Origin: Eledone cirrhosa
Taxonomy: Eukaryota
Length of the DNA stretch: 64,000 nucleotides
NCBI GenBank assembly: GCA_964016885.1
Contig: OZ024743.1
Span: forward strand, 71,796,001-71,860,000
Direction of reading: 5' to 3'
Of this stretch, positions 44,731-58,892 are shown in pieces. Under the pieces are notes generated by a model. That model searched no databases, was not told where the DNA came from, and saw only the letters and a list, made by a program, of their open reading frames with translations. How positions within the stretch are numbered: the stretch's first letter is position 1; each line of letters begins with the position of its first letter. Made by a program: the position numbers and the translations under genes.

Positions 44731-45795
44731 CTTATAAGTACTTTTCAGTTGGGTAAGGCTTACTGTATTCATCAATCATCTGTATTTGCATTTTCAATAA
44801 TACAGAACCCGGCTTGGCTTAACTATGGATATTTAAGTGTATTTCATACCGCAGTACCAGATGTGATCCGAACTGTTGATGCTTAAATATATACAGACAC
44901 ACTCTATTGACGTGACGCCCAAATCTGACTCAATCCTTTATCTATTTAATAATATAAATTCTTAAGGGATTATTGATTCGTTATATTTGGATCACTTCCA
45001 TGTGTATCAGATGTATTTATATATGTTACCTTTAAATTGCTATCATTTTAGCCTTCGACATCAATAGTGTCTGATAATTCATTCTTCAGTCAAGCAGAAA
45101 CGAAATTCAAGAATTCTCTAATACAATTTCAGTGTTCTGAATTTCATATGGAACGTTAGAGATAAATGACATAAAATATTTAATATAATGTCAATCAGAA
45201 ACGTTATTTCAAGATGACTTACTTCAATGACATCACACGTCATATAAATCCAATTTATTAGCATGTAACGACCTGTCCTTTTGGTTCCTATTCTAGCTTC
45301 AATCTAACCTAAACCCTCAAGCCACGCAGAGCCAACAAATCAAGGTTTCATGTTTCACCTGATACGTAAGAGATGGTTCAATAACCTTGTCTCATAGATT
45401 TTTCTGTTCGTGGTGATAGGAAAGAGACAACACTAAGTCCCTTTATAACAAATTCATTCGTTGGAGATATATTTTATATTTACAGCTTTGACCCCAATAC
45501 TAATGATTCTCTGTCATATTTATTGCAAGGGTATATATATTTCTGTGACAAATATTTCTCCTATGTATTCGCTTGTGTCTATTTTTGAGAACACTGGATT
45601 GGCAGTATCGCTTGAGCGTCTGACAAATTTTGTGGTGTTTATTTAGGACTCTATAATTTCAAAGTCAAATCTCCCCGAGATCAACAAGTAAAGTACCAGT
45701 TATTATTGAAGTCCCCTGACCACAAGTTGCTGGCCTTGTGTGCCAATGTCAGAAATAATTAATTCGTTCATATCTTTATGAAATAATTCTCATTA

Positions 45796-45972
45796 GGGCG
45801 GTGGATTGACAGTATCGGTAGAGGGTCGGATGCCATGCTTTGCAGCAAAGAGTTACGGCTCTTTATGATCTGAGTTCAAATTCCACCGAGGTTAATTTGC
45901 TTGATAAAATAAAGTACCAGTAATACACTGCGATAATTGCTGGCCTTGTGCCAAAAGTAGAAACAATTATTC
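45796..45972 (+). mobile_element. tRNA-SINE family 2 (Meta-domain-like), internally deleted
   Basis: GAGTTCAAATTC B box, GATAAAATAAAGTACCAG, GCTGGCCTTGTGCCAAAAGTAGAAACAATTATT 3' end. Confidence 0.7.
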
Positions 45973-46203
45973 TCCCATTATCCAAACCAAGAAAAAGGTT
46001 GATAGAATATTGCATATTAGCATGGTGGATACAAATAGCTATTGAATTGATGAATGTTAGTCGGCCGGCCGACTAATTTGAATATCGATTTCGGTACACC
46101 CGGCCGACTAACTCACTCGATATGCAAATTAGGCTGCTCAGCCGTTAATATGCATAAGGAAAGTATATACTTTCAAATGTTCAATCGACTGACAGGAAGG
46201 TAT

Positions 46204-46246
46204 ACGGTGCTGATGACAGCTAATAAGCTAGAAACTAGTTCATCGT
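46204..46246 (+). ncRNA. Minimal type I HHR, intact, in element ~46056-46450
   Basis: ACGGTG-CTGATGA-C-AGCT-AATA-AGCT-A-GAAA-CTAG-TT-CATCGT. Confidence 0.88.
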
Positions 46247-46447
46247 TCCTTTTTCAGTGTTGAACAAAAGGGCAACGACGGTTGCCGAATACTGTACGGC
46301 TTAATTCGGGCTGTTTGTTTACAAATAAACTGAACATTATAATAAATGTTCGGTAAACCCATACGTACATATATACATGTGTGCATGCATGTATATACAT
46401 ACTACTGTACGTCTGTATACATATATGTATGTACGTATACATACTTA

Positions 46448-46514
<67 letters not shown>

Positions 46515-46825
46515 AATATATGTTTGTGTGTGTGTGTGTGTGTTTAATATATGCATTCCTATACGTCTCTATTAGTAAGAACTTTAGGAAAAGACTTAAA
46601 AGATGCTGAGAAATGCATTTCCCAAATGTCTAATCGTGTAAATCAGCACATCATACATAACATGGTACTACAATTCCTTTCAAACACAATACAGCATGTA
46701 GTCTATATTTAAGACTATAGAAATTCCAAAATCAAAACAAGGCATCGCATTTACCTAAAACGTTCTGAGCTGCGCTTGCTACTCAGTGAAATCTGAAATC
46801 AAACAATGACTACTGACGACTATTA

Positions 46826-47010
46826 TTGGCAGTATCGGTAGAGGGTCGGACGCCATGCTTTCCAACATAGTTACGTCCCTTTACAGTCTGAGTTCAAATC
46901 CCGCCGAGGTTAACTTTGCCTTTCATCCTTACGGGGTCGATAAAATAAAGTACCAGTAATGTACTGGGATAATTGCTGACCTTGTTCCAAAAGTAGAAAC
47001 AATTATTAAT
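46826..47010 (+). mobile_element. tRNA-SINE family 2 (Meta-domain-like)
   Basis: GCCTTTCATCCTTACGGGGTCGATAAAATAAAGTACCAG central domain. Confidence 0.75.
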
Positions 47011-48339
47011 GATGATGTTGAAGACAAAGAAGAAGAAGAAGAAGGCGAGGAAAATGAAAACATGTAAAAGAAAAAGAAGAGGAAGACGACGAAGAAAAGA
47101 AGGAGGTGTATGATAAAACAGCTCGGAGCTCAATGACATGGAAGATAATATATTGCGTCTGGCAAACAACGTGAATGATATCAAATAAAAAAGTTAAATA
47201 AGAAAATGGAAAAACGAAAGACTGAAAAAAATATCTAGTTATGTTATCTGGCTGCCAATATGTACGATTGATATATTTTTATGAATAACGTTTTTTAGAT
47301 TATACTCAACATAAATCCTGTTTATTATCACAAATAATAATAACCACCAGGAACGAAGTCCATAAACTAATCAAAACAAAGCAAAGTAAAACCATCTCTA
47401 CGTCGTGTATCACATCAACTATGATAAACAGTAATGAAAATTATAGTCATCGTCTGCCAACAATATAATATGATCTTGCTACAGTAATTCATTTGTATCG
47501 TGACCTTGAGAATGGATTTCGGCTTAAAAGCTTAACGCTAAAAAAATGTTCAGTTTCTTGCTGCTCAGAGTCTTCAGAATATAATGACAGTGTACAACAA
47601 TGTGGTGCTAATATGAAGAATGGTGAGCTTATTCAACGAAATTGTTGTTTAACTAGCCCGACCAAGGTAACTACCTAATCTTTAGATTATGATGATAATT
47701 ATAACGATGGATACTCTGTAGGTTTCACCGATGCCCATTTAATTGTGGTTGACTATTCCACAGAGAGTGAGAGAGTGAGAGGCACACACACACATACAAA
47801 CATGTGTAGTTCCTTAACATAATTCCTATGTCTAATCTTGATGACAGTATGGAACAAGGATGGATCTTAGAATTATAACTACATATCATCCGACGGGCTT
47901 CTTTACTCACGGAGTTCTCTGAAATTGGATGCAATAGTATCCGCATACTTTTCCTGTCTTCCTTATCCACTCTACCATTACCAATCCTATCCTGTACGTC
48001 GAGCTGTACCTGCAAGGTGTGCGGGGTTTCTTGTCGTTAGATAGTCTCGGGTAGCGAATAACTAGATGGTGATCAGTTGACATTCAGCTCAGATTCTCTA
48101 TTAACATGAACATCCAGCACAGAATCGAAGAGATCAAAGACAAAATAAATTATTGATAACTGATTCCCCGTATCCTATGTGTATTAATGTATGTTTATGT
48201 GATGGAAGAAAGGGTTCATAATAAGAGTTTATTTCTCGAACAAACGTCTAATAGTCCTCTTTATTCATATTTAGATCGGGATCACTTTTACATGCAATTA
48301 CTCCTTTCGATGCCAGGTAGTCAGTACTAGCATGAAGAC

Positions 48340-48580
48340 CCCCAATAGAAGAATCGGTGGAGATAATTTACTAGCAATACCATCCGGAAAGAGACCAAGG
48401 TGTAGACCCGGAGCTAGATGGATGGATAACATCCTTTAGCTCACCTGTATTCGAATGGGGATCAAACTGGATCAAATGGATAGAGCTGCTCCTGACAGGA
48501 CCCACTGGAATATGTGCTTGAAGACACTGCCCTAATACGTTCCTTGGAGAAAGTGGATGTAAAAGCAGCGGAAGAAAAAG
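48340..48580 (+). mobile_element. RTE LINE 3' fragment
   Basis: LLAIPSGKRPRCRPGARWMDNI..APDRTHW. Related remnant at ~56670-56790. Confidence 0.65.
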
Positions 48581-50138
48581 GACATCCTCGCAGTCTCTGC
48601 TCACCCAATTTTTCTCAAAAGATTTCTATTAAATTATTAAATACTACCATAACAACACTTTCCCAAGATTCTATGTAGAGAAATTGTACCCCGAATCTAA
48701 TTATTGCCAATCGAACATCTTAACCAGAAACAGAGAGGGCGTGATGACAAAAGTGAGAATTTGTAGCAAAAGTGTCGTAACTCTGGTCGATTTCTGCAGC
48801 ATCTCCATTTATCCAGTTTCACTTGTAGATTGACCCATAACTATGATGGTACACCCTTGCTTGAGCTGCTCTGTATTAGGATAGAAACTGGAACCACTTC
48901 ATTGTAAAGCAACATTATTAAGCGTATGACCATGCTACTCAGCCGTGACACACACACACATATATATATATACACATAACACAGATATGCAAACACTTAA
49001 CAAGAACTTATTTATAGTCCACACACACTAGTGCCATAAAACAAAATGATTGGGACAGGAAAAAAAACGAAGATATGTGAAGTAAATTGAAATATTTTAT
49101 CGAACAAGGCATATATATAATAATTCGAAACATATATAAAAAAAATAGCCTTAAACAGAAAAGTAGACACTGAAAAGAACGTATATGAGCAACCCACAAA
49201 CATTAAAACGTCTGCAAACAATGAAAACGTTACAGCAGGCTAAAATACAAAATAAAATAAACAACTATATCGAGCAGAAATGAAGAGTAAAAGCAACATA
49301 AAAACAGGCAACTGATAAAATCTTAAAAACGAATGTGAATACGGTGTAAGATCCCCCCCCCTCCCCAGAAATAACCATGCGAATATTCACTCAATTTCTA
49401 ACCTCTACCCTCTACTTCACATATTGTAATGTCGAAAGTGTACAGGAGACTAGAAATGGCAGCATAAAAATGAGAAAATTCCAGCAGAGACAAAGAAGAA
49501 AACTGGAGAAGAACTGAACTTCGGAAGGTCAATAAACAAAATATACAACATTAACAAAAGCAATATATCATCTGCTATATCTCAAGATGTTCTATATGGA
49601 TAATGTAGAAGAGACAAGAATATAGAGCTTAGCATACTGAATCTCAGTAGTTGTTGTTTGAGAGAGGGAGAGGGGGTGTTTTTGATAGCGTGTTTTCGTT
49701 CCGTTGTTCTGGCTGCTGGTGTGGTTTTTTATGGTTTTCGTGATGCTGCTGCTCCTGTCGTCACTGTTGATCCTGACGATACTGCTGTTGTTAATTCAAT
49801 CAGGTATTGCTAGAGCAGAGATAGCAACAGATGACTCTTACTCTGTTATATGTTGTAGGCAGAAGGCTCTCCGGTGGTTGTGAGCATCACATAGGTGCAA
49901 CTGGGGCATTTTGATTGAAACAGTTCCAAATCTGTGGAAGTTTTTCCTATATGAAGCATATTATGTATCTCTACTAATGCAGTGAGTAACTTATTTAACT
50001 GTGTGCTATACGTTCTTCTTAGGGAAACCATATATATATAAAGGTAGAACACTGGTAGGTAATATCTGTAGTGGTAGGGCACTCAGTCCATGGGACGAGT
50101 TAGGTAGAAGTAGTAACACAATAGTTAGTTCACCATAC

Positions 50139-50177
50139 CGAGAATAATTATTTCACCTTATGCGGATCTTCAGCTCG
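50139..50177 (-). ncRNA. Minimal type I HHR, intact core, in element 50041-50200
   Basis: CGAG-CTGAAGA-TCCGCATAAGGT-GAAA-TAATTA-TT-CTCG. Same family as 58893-59176. Confidence 0.78.
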
Positions 50178-50377
50178 GACTAACTGTTGTGTTACTACAG
50201 TTCGAATCACTCAATAATGTTACGTGATCCATTTCGTGTTGGTTTGCAATCCAGTGTTAAGGCGTCTGGTGTGTGCAGTGTATATATAGACTAAATAGAA
50301 TCGAATACATTTTATATATGCTGCAACACTGGTTGCGATTCTACTACTCTCACTGTGTGTGTGTGTGTGGTATTATG

Positions 50378-50572
50378 AGCGTGGTGAATTGGCAGTATCG
50401 CTAGAGCGTCGGACACCATGCTTTGCAGCACAGAGTTACGCCCCTTTATGATCTGAGTTCAAATCCCGCCGAGGTTAATTTTGCCTTTCATCCTTACAGG
50501 TTCGATAAAAGAACCATTAATACACTGGTATAATTGCTGGCCTTGTGCCAAAAGTAGAAACAATTATTATTA
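50378..50572 (+). mobile_element. tRNA-SINE family 2
   Basis: Full-length match to the 46826 copy, (ATT)n tail. Confidence 0.75.
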
Positions 50573-50584
50573 CTGTGTCTACCA

Positions 50585-50700
50585 GAATGAACTTAGTTGA
50601 CTTCTTTGATTTAACATTTGACCCAGATCATGGTAGTTATCAACGATATATAAATCCGAACAAGAATCTGTTAGATATAAATGTTTATTCTAACGACCTT
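50585..50700 (+). pseudogene. Decayed PLE RT thumb fragment
   Basis: LVDFFDLTFDPDHGSYQRYINPNKNLLDINVYSND resembles VVNFLDITLDLATGIYQLYHKPNQNLHYIHSQSNH in the 25640 ORF. Confidence 0.6.
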
Positions 50701-51089
50701 ATCATTGCACTTATTGTGCATTAGAAATAAAAACATCTTATTTAAAAAATAAAGTTCATTACCGAATCTTCTACAGGAAAGAATCTATATACACAATTCA
50801 CACTTCGGTTTAACCGAGTGTTCAGCAAATACATAGAATCCAATATTTCCTTATGGTTAAATTACTTTACCCAAAAAATCCACCTAAAAAGCAATTAAAA
50901 ATTTATTATCGTTTTTTTATCCTAGTAGAGATTCACTTTGTTGTTCTTCTCGTAACAAAAGTAGTGAACAGTAATATTGACAGGAAAGATTATCTGTTAA
51001 TACAGGCAGGAGGCTGCAGTATTTCAACTTTTTTCCGAAGTCCATCTTTAATTTGTGTCGCTATAATACTCACTCATTAATCTGGATAC

Positions 51090-51472
51090 CTAAATATGGA
51101 ATGTTACGCGATGGGCCACACAATCACAGCCCCGGTGGACAGGATGGAGAAGGCGTTCCCGCGGAGGACGGCAAGGGAGACGCGCTGGAAAAGCCACTCC
51201 AACTCGCGGGGTTCACACCTGCGGCTGGCCAGCTCAGCGCCTATGGTGGTGAGTAGGGAGGTAGCCCTGGGGCCGAGGACACCAGAAGTCTCCAAGACTA
51301 TTCAACAGAATTCGTAATATAATCGGCTTGTCTCCCCATAGCCCCTGCAGACAGAATAGAGAAGGCGTTTCCCCGGAGGACGGCAAGGGAGACACGCTGG
51401 AAAAGCCACTCCAACTCGCGGGGCTCACACCTGCGGTTGGCCAGCTCACCGCCTATGGTGGTGAGTAGGAAG
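51090..51472 (-). mobile_element. CRE-like LINE 3' end, partially tandem-duplicated
   Basis: ETSGVLGPRA..IG..LFQRVSLAVLRGNA. 51128-51258 repeats at 51339-51469. Confidence 0.75.
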
Positions 51473-51972
51473 CAATTAGAAATACAATAGCTTTTCTAAT
51501 ATAAGCTCTTTGAAATGAAAATTACTTGCGAGTGAAACATAATGTCCATACTATAGGGAGCTAGTGAGAACAATATCTAGACACATGCAAATACAGAACA
51601 ATCTTTACTCATACACATGCAGAACAATATCTAGACATGCAAATAAAGAACAAATGAGATGCGTTCATTAATTAAGTTATTTAATGAAAGCAATTATTTA
51701 TAAGACCAACATCACAGACGAGGTAAACAATTAAACAAGTCATATCAGTATGAATGAAATCAGATTTAAAAATTCGTTTCCTCAAATAAAACTCAACTTT
51801 GAAGCACAAAGCAAAGAGAAAAGCCATATTATTATCTAGATATGCAAGACAATTAAATAATCGATGCATTGACCGTTTCGTAACGGACTAAAATATTGTA
51901 TACTGCAATGGAATATACCATATGAAAAAAAACACCAAACAACAAAATGCTACAAGGTACGGCGATGTTTTT

Positions 51973-52105
51973 GTTTTGCAAGGTCTTTGATATGAAATCG
52001 TGTGTTGAAACAGATATTGTTATATTTGAGGAGGGTCATGTTTTCCTAATATCGCCCAAAATAGTAAAACACACTCACTGTTTGGTTTGGTTTTCGCTTC
52101 AGTAA
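51973..52105 (-). mobile_element. Naiad-like PLE terminus including tail
   Basis: GTTTTGCAAGGT..ATGAAATCGTGTGTTGAAACAGATATTGTTATA matches 63490-63597. Confidence 0.75.
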
Positions 52106-52114
52106 ATATATATA

Positions 52115-52953
52115 CTAGCTAAACTACCCGATCCTTTGGACGGTTCAAGTAGCTTTCTATGTAGCTCATTAAACTAAACAAAGTAAATTTGAATACATAG
52201 AAGAAAAAGGTACATTATGTAAACATAAAAACCTTAGGCACTATTCCAGCGAAATAAATAATATGTGAGCTCGGTGTCTTTTTTGACAACAGTAAAAGCG
52301 CATCATGAAATAGAGAAGTGAAATGAATAATTGTTTCTACTTTTGGCACAAGGCCAGCAATTGTCCAGTGTATTACTGGTACTTTATTGTATCTACCCCG
52401 TAAGGATGAAAGGCAAAGTTAACCTCGGCGGGATTTGAACTCAGAATGGTAAGAGCCGTAACTCTATGCATCAAAGCATGGCGTCCGACCCTCTACCGAT
52501 ACTGCCAATTCAATTATGTACAAAGCATAATATTGTAAAAGTTATGACATCAAGCTTGAAACGATAAATTATACAATGTCAAATCTATAACTTAACTTAG
52601 TAATCTGTTAGAAATTGATGGTTGTGAAATATACAAAATGATATTGTTAGTCTCAAGGAAGCGTACCTTTTGTTTCAAGTACAAAGAGTAAATTAAAATC
52701 CGAATGAGCCGAATTACGAAAGATAACTGTTGTCTTACTTAAAGATAACTCTTGTCTTAATTAATCACAAAAATTCACACATATAACCGAAACTTTTTTA
52801 ATGTCTCCAAAGGCCCCACTATCGATTTTTGAAAGCCTTTGTAGATCATGTACAGGTTTTGTGCAAGGATAAGCTCTGTAAGAAATTTCAAAGAAATCGC
52901 ATGAGCCTTCATTAAAAATTATCCAGACGCACACATACAGAAAACTTCGTCTT

Positions 52954-53005
<52 letters not shown>
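52115..53005 (-). mobile_element. Non-autonomous Helitron-like element with nested SINE (52326-52512)
   Basis: Minus strand 5' TC at 53005, 3' hairpin CCGTCC-AAA-GGATCGG about 10 nt before CTAG. Inserted at A/T. Confidence 0.6.
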
Positions 53006-53039
53006 TAAATATAAATATATATATCAATTGATCTAAATG

Positions 53040-55200
53040 GGCAAAGAACCGGCAAATACAAGAGGCAGGCGTCGTGTTAGCAACCCTGCATTGCTGTAAA
53101 ATTCGAAACCACTACAGAAACAGTAAGGAAAACTCCAAAAAACATAAATGATCGACGCAAAATGAAGGCGTGGGAAACACTCCATTCTTGACGAACCTCA
53201 ATCAAAGCCGAAAGGACGTTGGCGTTCCGATGAGCCAGATTCTGAGCACCAAAACACAGACGCAGATTGGAAGTTGGAACGTCCAAACACCGTACAAGGC
53301 AGTAGTTCGACTACTACCATCTGGACATTCTGGTCGTGAGCGAAATATGCTGGACCACCAGTGGAAAGATGAGTGGCAGTGGAGACACGATTCTACTCCG
53401 GACACCAAGACAAGCACGTCCGTGGAGTTGGACATGTGCTTAGTGTCCGAGCAACTCGAGCGTTGGTCGGATGGGAGCCAGTTAGCGAATGGATCATACC
53501 CTCTTGTTTTCAGAGTAGGTATGCGAACATGTCTGTCGTTCAGACCTACGCACCAATTGATGACGTGAACAACATGGAAAAGGACGCCTTCTCCGAACAG
53601 CTGCAGGACACATTCAATAACTTGCCCAGCCATGTCGTCAAACTATGGATCGGCGATTTCAACGATCGGATTGACTGCGACAGACAAGGACTGGAACACC
53701 TGACCACTTGGTTCTGCTGCAACCGCCACAGACAACGAAGAGGGACTGAAGCTCTTTATTGCCATCAACAACCTGTGCATCAGCAACACCTACTACAAAC
53801 ACAAGGACATTCACAAAGCTACTTGACAGTCTCCGGACCAGAAGAGGCACAACGAGATCGACTATGTCTGCATCAACCAGCGCTGGCGTTCCTCGGTGCA
53901 TGACCTCAGAGCGTACCGAGGTGCAGATGTGGGCTCAGACCAACGCCGAAGTTCTGCTGCGCCTAAATAAACGGACACGACAGGAAAGACCGTAGCCGTA
54001 TGTGGTGGAGAAGCTGAAGGATCCCGGTTAAGCGTGAGTGTACCAACTGGCGCTGCACAACCGATTCCAGCAGCTGAGCTAGGCTGCAGATATGCAAGAT
54101 CAATGGTCGATGTTTGCGACAGAAGTGACTAGAGCAGCACCAGAAACTGTTGGCTGAAGGCGAGTAATGAGGAGAGAACAATGGATCCAGGAACCAACGT
54201 GAGACCTGATTGATGAACGAAAGAAGGCGAAAGTTGAACGAGATTCTGCCAGATCGGAGGAAGACCAAGGGAAAAAGAGATGCGGCATGCCACTAAATCG
54301 ACCAACTAGAAAAGCGAAGCTGCCGACGGGACAAACACGTCTTGCTGGAGGAACAAAGTGCTGAGACAGAGGAAGCTGCTAGTCTCAACGACAGACAGAC
54401 ACTGTTCCATTCCGTGAGAGAGTTGACGGGAGTGTCGAGCAGTGCCAACATAACAGTGAAGGACAAAAATGGCAAGACATTGACCACTAGAGCAGAACAG
54501 GACCAGAGGTGGATGGAGCACTTCCGGGAGACGCTGAACCAACCAAATCCAGTCGACCTGATAGACTTAACCGCAGAGACTCCAGCAACCGCTGCGGTAC
54601 TCAAGATCTGCGAGGACCAAATCACCAAGCAGGAGACGAGAGATGTGATCAGTGACTTGAGGAACGGCAAAGCAGGCTGGCTGGATGCGATCTCTACAGA
54701 GTTGCTCAAATCCAATGAGGATAACATGATAACGGCGTTGACAAACTTGATGAACCACTGCTGGAGGGTTGGTCGGGTTCCTCTTGAGTGGCAACGCGGT
54801 GTCATCGTCAAACTGTCTAAGAAGGGAAACCTGGCCGACTATAATAACTGGCTTGGTATCACATTGCTGTTAGTCTTAAGCAAGGCGTTCTACGCTGTGC
54901 TGCTGCGTCGACTCCGGCAGGCTGTCGACTCTGTGCTCCGGGAAGCCTGCTTCCGAAACAACCGATTTTGCACTGAACATATCTTCACACTAAGCAACAC
55001 CCTCGAACAATGAGTTGAGCTCCAGCAACCTTTGGTGGTCAACTTCATTGATTTCCAGAAGGCATTTGACATTTTGCATCGGATCGCTATTTTCGAGGAC
55101 TTGTGCCAGCTGCTGCGTGCGAACTGAGTACGGTGTGACGGATTTCTTTGACTTCGTCTCCGGAGTCAGACAGGGCTGTAATCTGTCTCCTGTTGGCAGC
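53040..55200 (+). pseudogene. Decayed RTE-clade LINE (APE endonuclease + RT)
   Basis: IGSWNVQT, VVQTYAP, IGDFN, NEIDYVCINQRWRSSV..RGADVGSD, ELLK..WQRGVIVKL.KKGNL..NNW.GITLL, FIDFQKAF, GVRQGCNLSP. Many frameshifts. Confidence 0.9.
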
Positions 55201-56031
55201 CAATTTTGTTCTAAGGCGAACAGATGAAGGACCAGGTCGAGGAATACATGTACGAAAAATGTAAAAATAAATAACCAATAAAATGACACAGTACTTTGAA
55301 GGAATATATTAATTTAACGCTTGACAGAAAAGCGTCTTAAAGTTTCCGACACTAGTCCTTCCTCAGAAGATAGAATTAGAAATAAAAGATAAAATAGAAA
55401 GATAAAGAGTGAGAAGGGGACGGAACGGGGTAAAATGAGAAAGAAACCACGTGTTTATTCAGTCAGACATTTATATACTTCAGATGTAGTGATTATTGCT
55501 GTACTTTAATATAATCTCATCTTACTTTAATTTACTTTCGATACCATACAATGATTCGTCAAAATAGAGATATTTTAGAATTTAATTAAATATTTTACAT
55601 TATTAAATTCAACATAATTCAATTTTTTAACAAACTTAATCATTTACTTTCATTAATTTATGTCTAAATCTTTTCGCTCAATATTCACGCAAGAACGAGA
55701 CCTGACACTGTATGTAATGTGTTTGTGACAATATGCATATGTAGCTTTCAATTTCAAAATTTCTTGCTGGATTTTGCTCTATATTTGTTTCCGCTTCAAT
55801 TACTCATCGGTTCCAACTGAATATAAACTTGTTTAGATATTGGAAATTGTATTACGTTAACCATATAGAAACCACGGTCAATTGCACAATAAATCTAGAG
55901 AAAAAGAAACGGCGATTTAATATCAACCGATTCAGCAAATCGATGATCAAGTGTGTGAGTATATATATATATATAGGTGTGTGTGTGTGTACATGTATGT
56001 CTATATATATAAATATGTATACATATAAGTA

Positions 56032-56068
<37 letters not shown>

Positions 56069-56814
56069 TTATCAATTATAAGTATATGTACACAGATATA
56101 TGCATATGTATATACATTATGTATATATGCGTGTGAGTATGTGTGTATGCATATGTACATATGCATGTATACTTAAATATATGTATGTATGAATGTATCT
56201 GTGCGTTTGTGAATTCAGAATTGTTGATAATCATATAAATAAATGGATAAACAGATTATTAAATATATAGTTAAATCCATATAGATATATAAATATATGG
56301 ATAGATATATTATATTTCTATATGTTCAGTGTTAAATCACATCAACTATACAGAAACACAAGAGACATTAATTCTAATCTGTTTCCATTGTAATTCTTAT
56401 TTACACCATGTAAGTTGGTATATTCTAAGGATTTACAAATCGAATCTTATATAAGTTCATTATAATTCAATATTTTATTAAAGTAATATAGAAGCAGCAT
56501 CCCTCCTCAAGCAGTTACAATAATCAGGTATGGATTAAATCGATAGACTTGATAACTATACGCTTAAAGGTGCACCCTCTTCTCTAGCACCTCGCCTATC
56601 AAGAGATACTACCTGATGTTCAACTGAAAACCTAATATGTTTAATTTGTTAACAAAATTAGACTAGATACATCCACAAGCTTGACTCATCTCGCTTGCGG
56701 ATCCAGCCGGATCTAACAGGACTCACTGGGAAGAGTGTTTAAGATCTCTGCTCCCAGGACTCTTTCAGAAAGTAAGTATAATGATAATAATAATAATAAA
56801 AATAATAATATTGG

Positions 56815-57327
56815 TTTCTCTACCGATACTGCCAAGAATTGTTTCTACTATTGGCACAAGGCCAGCATTTAACCAGTGCATTACTTATACTTAATTTAAT
56901 CGACCCCGTAAGAATAAAAGGCAAAGTTAACCTCGGCGGGATTTGAACTCAGATCATAAAGGGCCGTAATTCTTTGTCAGACCCACTACCGATGCTGCTA
57001 ATCCACCGCCCTACCGATACTGCCAATAATAATAATAATAATGGTTTCTTATATAGGCACAAGGCCAGCAATTTTGGGGGAGAGGAAAGTCGATTAAATT
57101 GACCCCAGTGCATGACTGGTATTTTATTTTATCGACCCCGTAAGGATGAAAGGCAAAGTTAACCTCGGCGGGATTTGAACTCAGATCATAAAGGGCCATA
57201 ACTCTTTGCTACAAAGGAATGCGTCTGACCCTCTACCGATACTGCCAATCCAAATAATAATAATAATAATAATAATTGTTTCTACGTTAGGCACAAGGCC
57301 AGCGATTATCCAGTGCATTACTGGTAA
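56815..57327 (-). mobile_element. Tandem cluster of SINE family 2 copies
   Basis: Two near-complete copies plus fragments, separated by (AAT)n tails. Confidence 0.8.
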
Positions 57328-58892
57328 ATAAGATGATGTGATGATTTGACAATTGTTTGAACATAATGGATGAAACATGTACGTTCCAATATAGAAACAA
57401 TTTCGATTTAATTAGTTATGTTTGATTCACTGATAAAAGAACCCCTAGTTTAACGTTTCTGTATTATCTATTGGAAATATAGTTCTCCCTGGTCATATTA
57501 TGGCCGGAGCGTTAACCACTCGTCGCATTGCGGCCGGAAATGTAACCACATGTCACCTTCGCCACATTTGTCCATTTTGATGAGGGTATATCCGGTCACA
57601 TTGTGGGCGGGAATGAAACCATAGGTTAATCTGACTACTCTGGTCTATTGTGGTGTGGTTGGGATATAACCGTAGTGGTATCTAGCCGCACTGATCTATT
57701 GGGATATGGCGACAATGTAAATGTATGTCGACCTGACCAAACTGGTCCATTGTAGTCTGAGTGGGATGTAAATGTAGGAATGCATGGCCACAAAAGCCGC
57801 AGAGTATCTGGTTAAATACTTTGACAATTTCATTAATCCATTGCCACAGGATGTGACTATATCGATTCTGAACATATAAAAGAGAAATTTTACTTCAGTG
57901 GTGCTTATACGTGAAGCGCAGAGCACCGGTTAAACAATGCAATACTTTCTGTCAGACGCTTTATTGACTTTGCCAATTTACCATGTTTCCGAATATTTCG
58001 ACTTGCTTCCATTAAATGTTTTTCTTTTCTTTTGAATCAATTCGATATACAAACATACTGCAATGCTATCTCATTGCTTTCTCCAATTGAATTGGAATAT
58101 TAAGCATGGGAAGTTAAAACTCGCAAATGGCGAAGTCTTTTCCAACGCAGGAGGAATATCATTCCGGGACATAACACGGTCTCATTAGCATTAAGCGACT
58201 GCAAATATGTCATCCCCTCCGGATTGGATATCAATCCATCACAAGGTTAACTTTCAGTGGGTTGACTAGAGATGATGAGAGCAACGGAAAATGAATTACA
58301 TTACTCAAGATTATATCGTCTTATCAGTTCGATGAATCAAATCTTCAACGTATTTATCCTACATCCAGCACATTAACCAATTAGCTATAAGCCAATGTGA
58401 AGCCGAATCCATATTTTCAAAGAATAACACTATTTTCCCAAACATCTTACTTTGAAAAGCATTGTCTAAAATGAAAGAAAATATTAGACAATACATTTCT
58501 AGATACAATATGTTTAAAAAACAATAAGATGCTTCAGGTCACCAGGATCGTTTATGTCTACAATGTTTTTTTTTAAATTTCAAAGCATAGTTTGTTTAGG
58601 CAATGCTATATAGAAAGTATTATTTGCCTTTAGGCTAATGCCCGTATAGTATAAAGAAGTAGAACCCGTTAATAAATTCTATTTTATCCTTTTTACTAAC
58701 TGCTAAAAATGTTTAAAAGTTTTCAGACTTTTTATGTTTTAGAAATTTTACTCTGGTTTACTTTATGGCCTTGTCTTGTATACACACACAGTATAAGGAA
58801 AATCGGGAGCTCAGAGTTCTTCTCCTCTTCTGTATGTCTGTCTGTCTGTCTGTCTCTCTCTCTCCCTCTCTCTGTCTCTTGATATATATATA

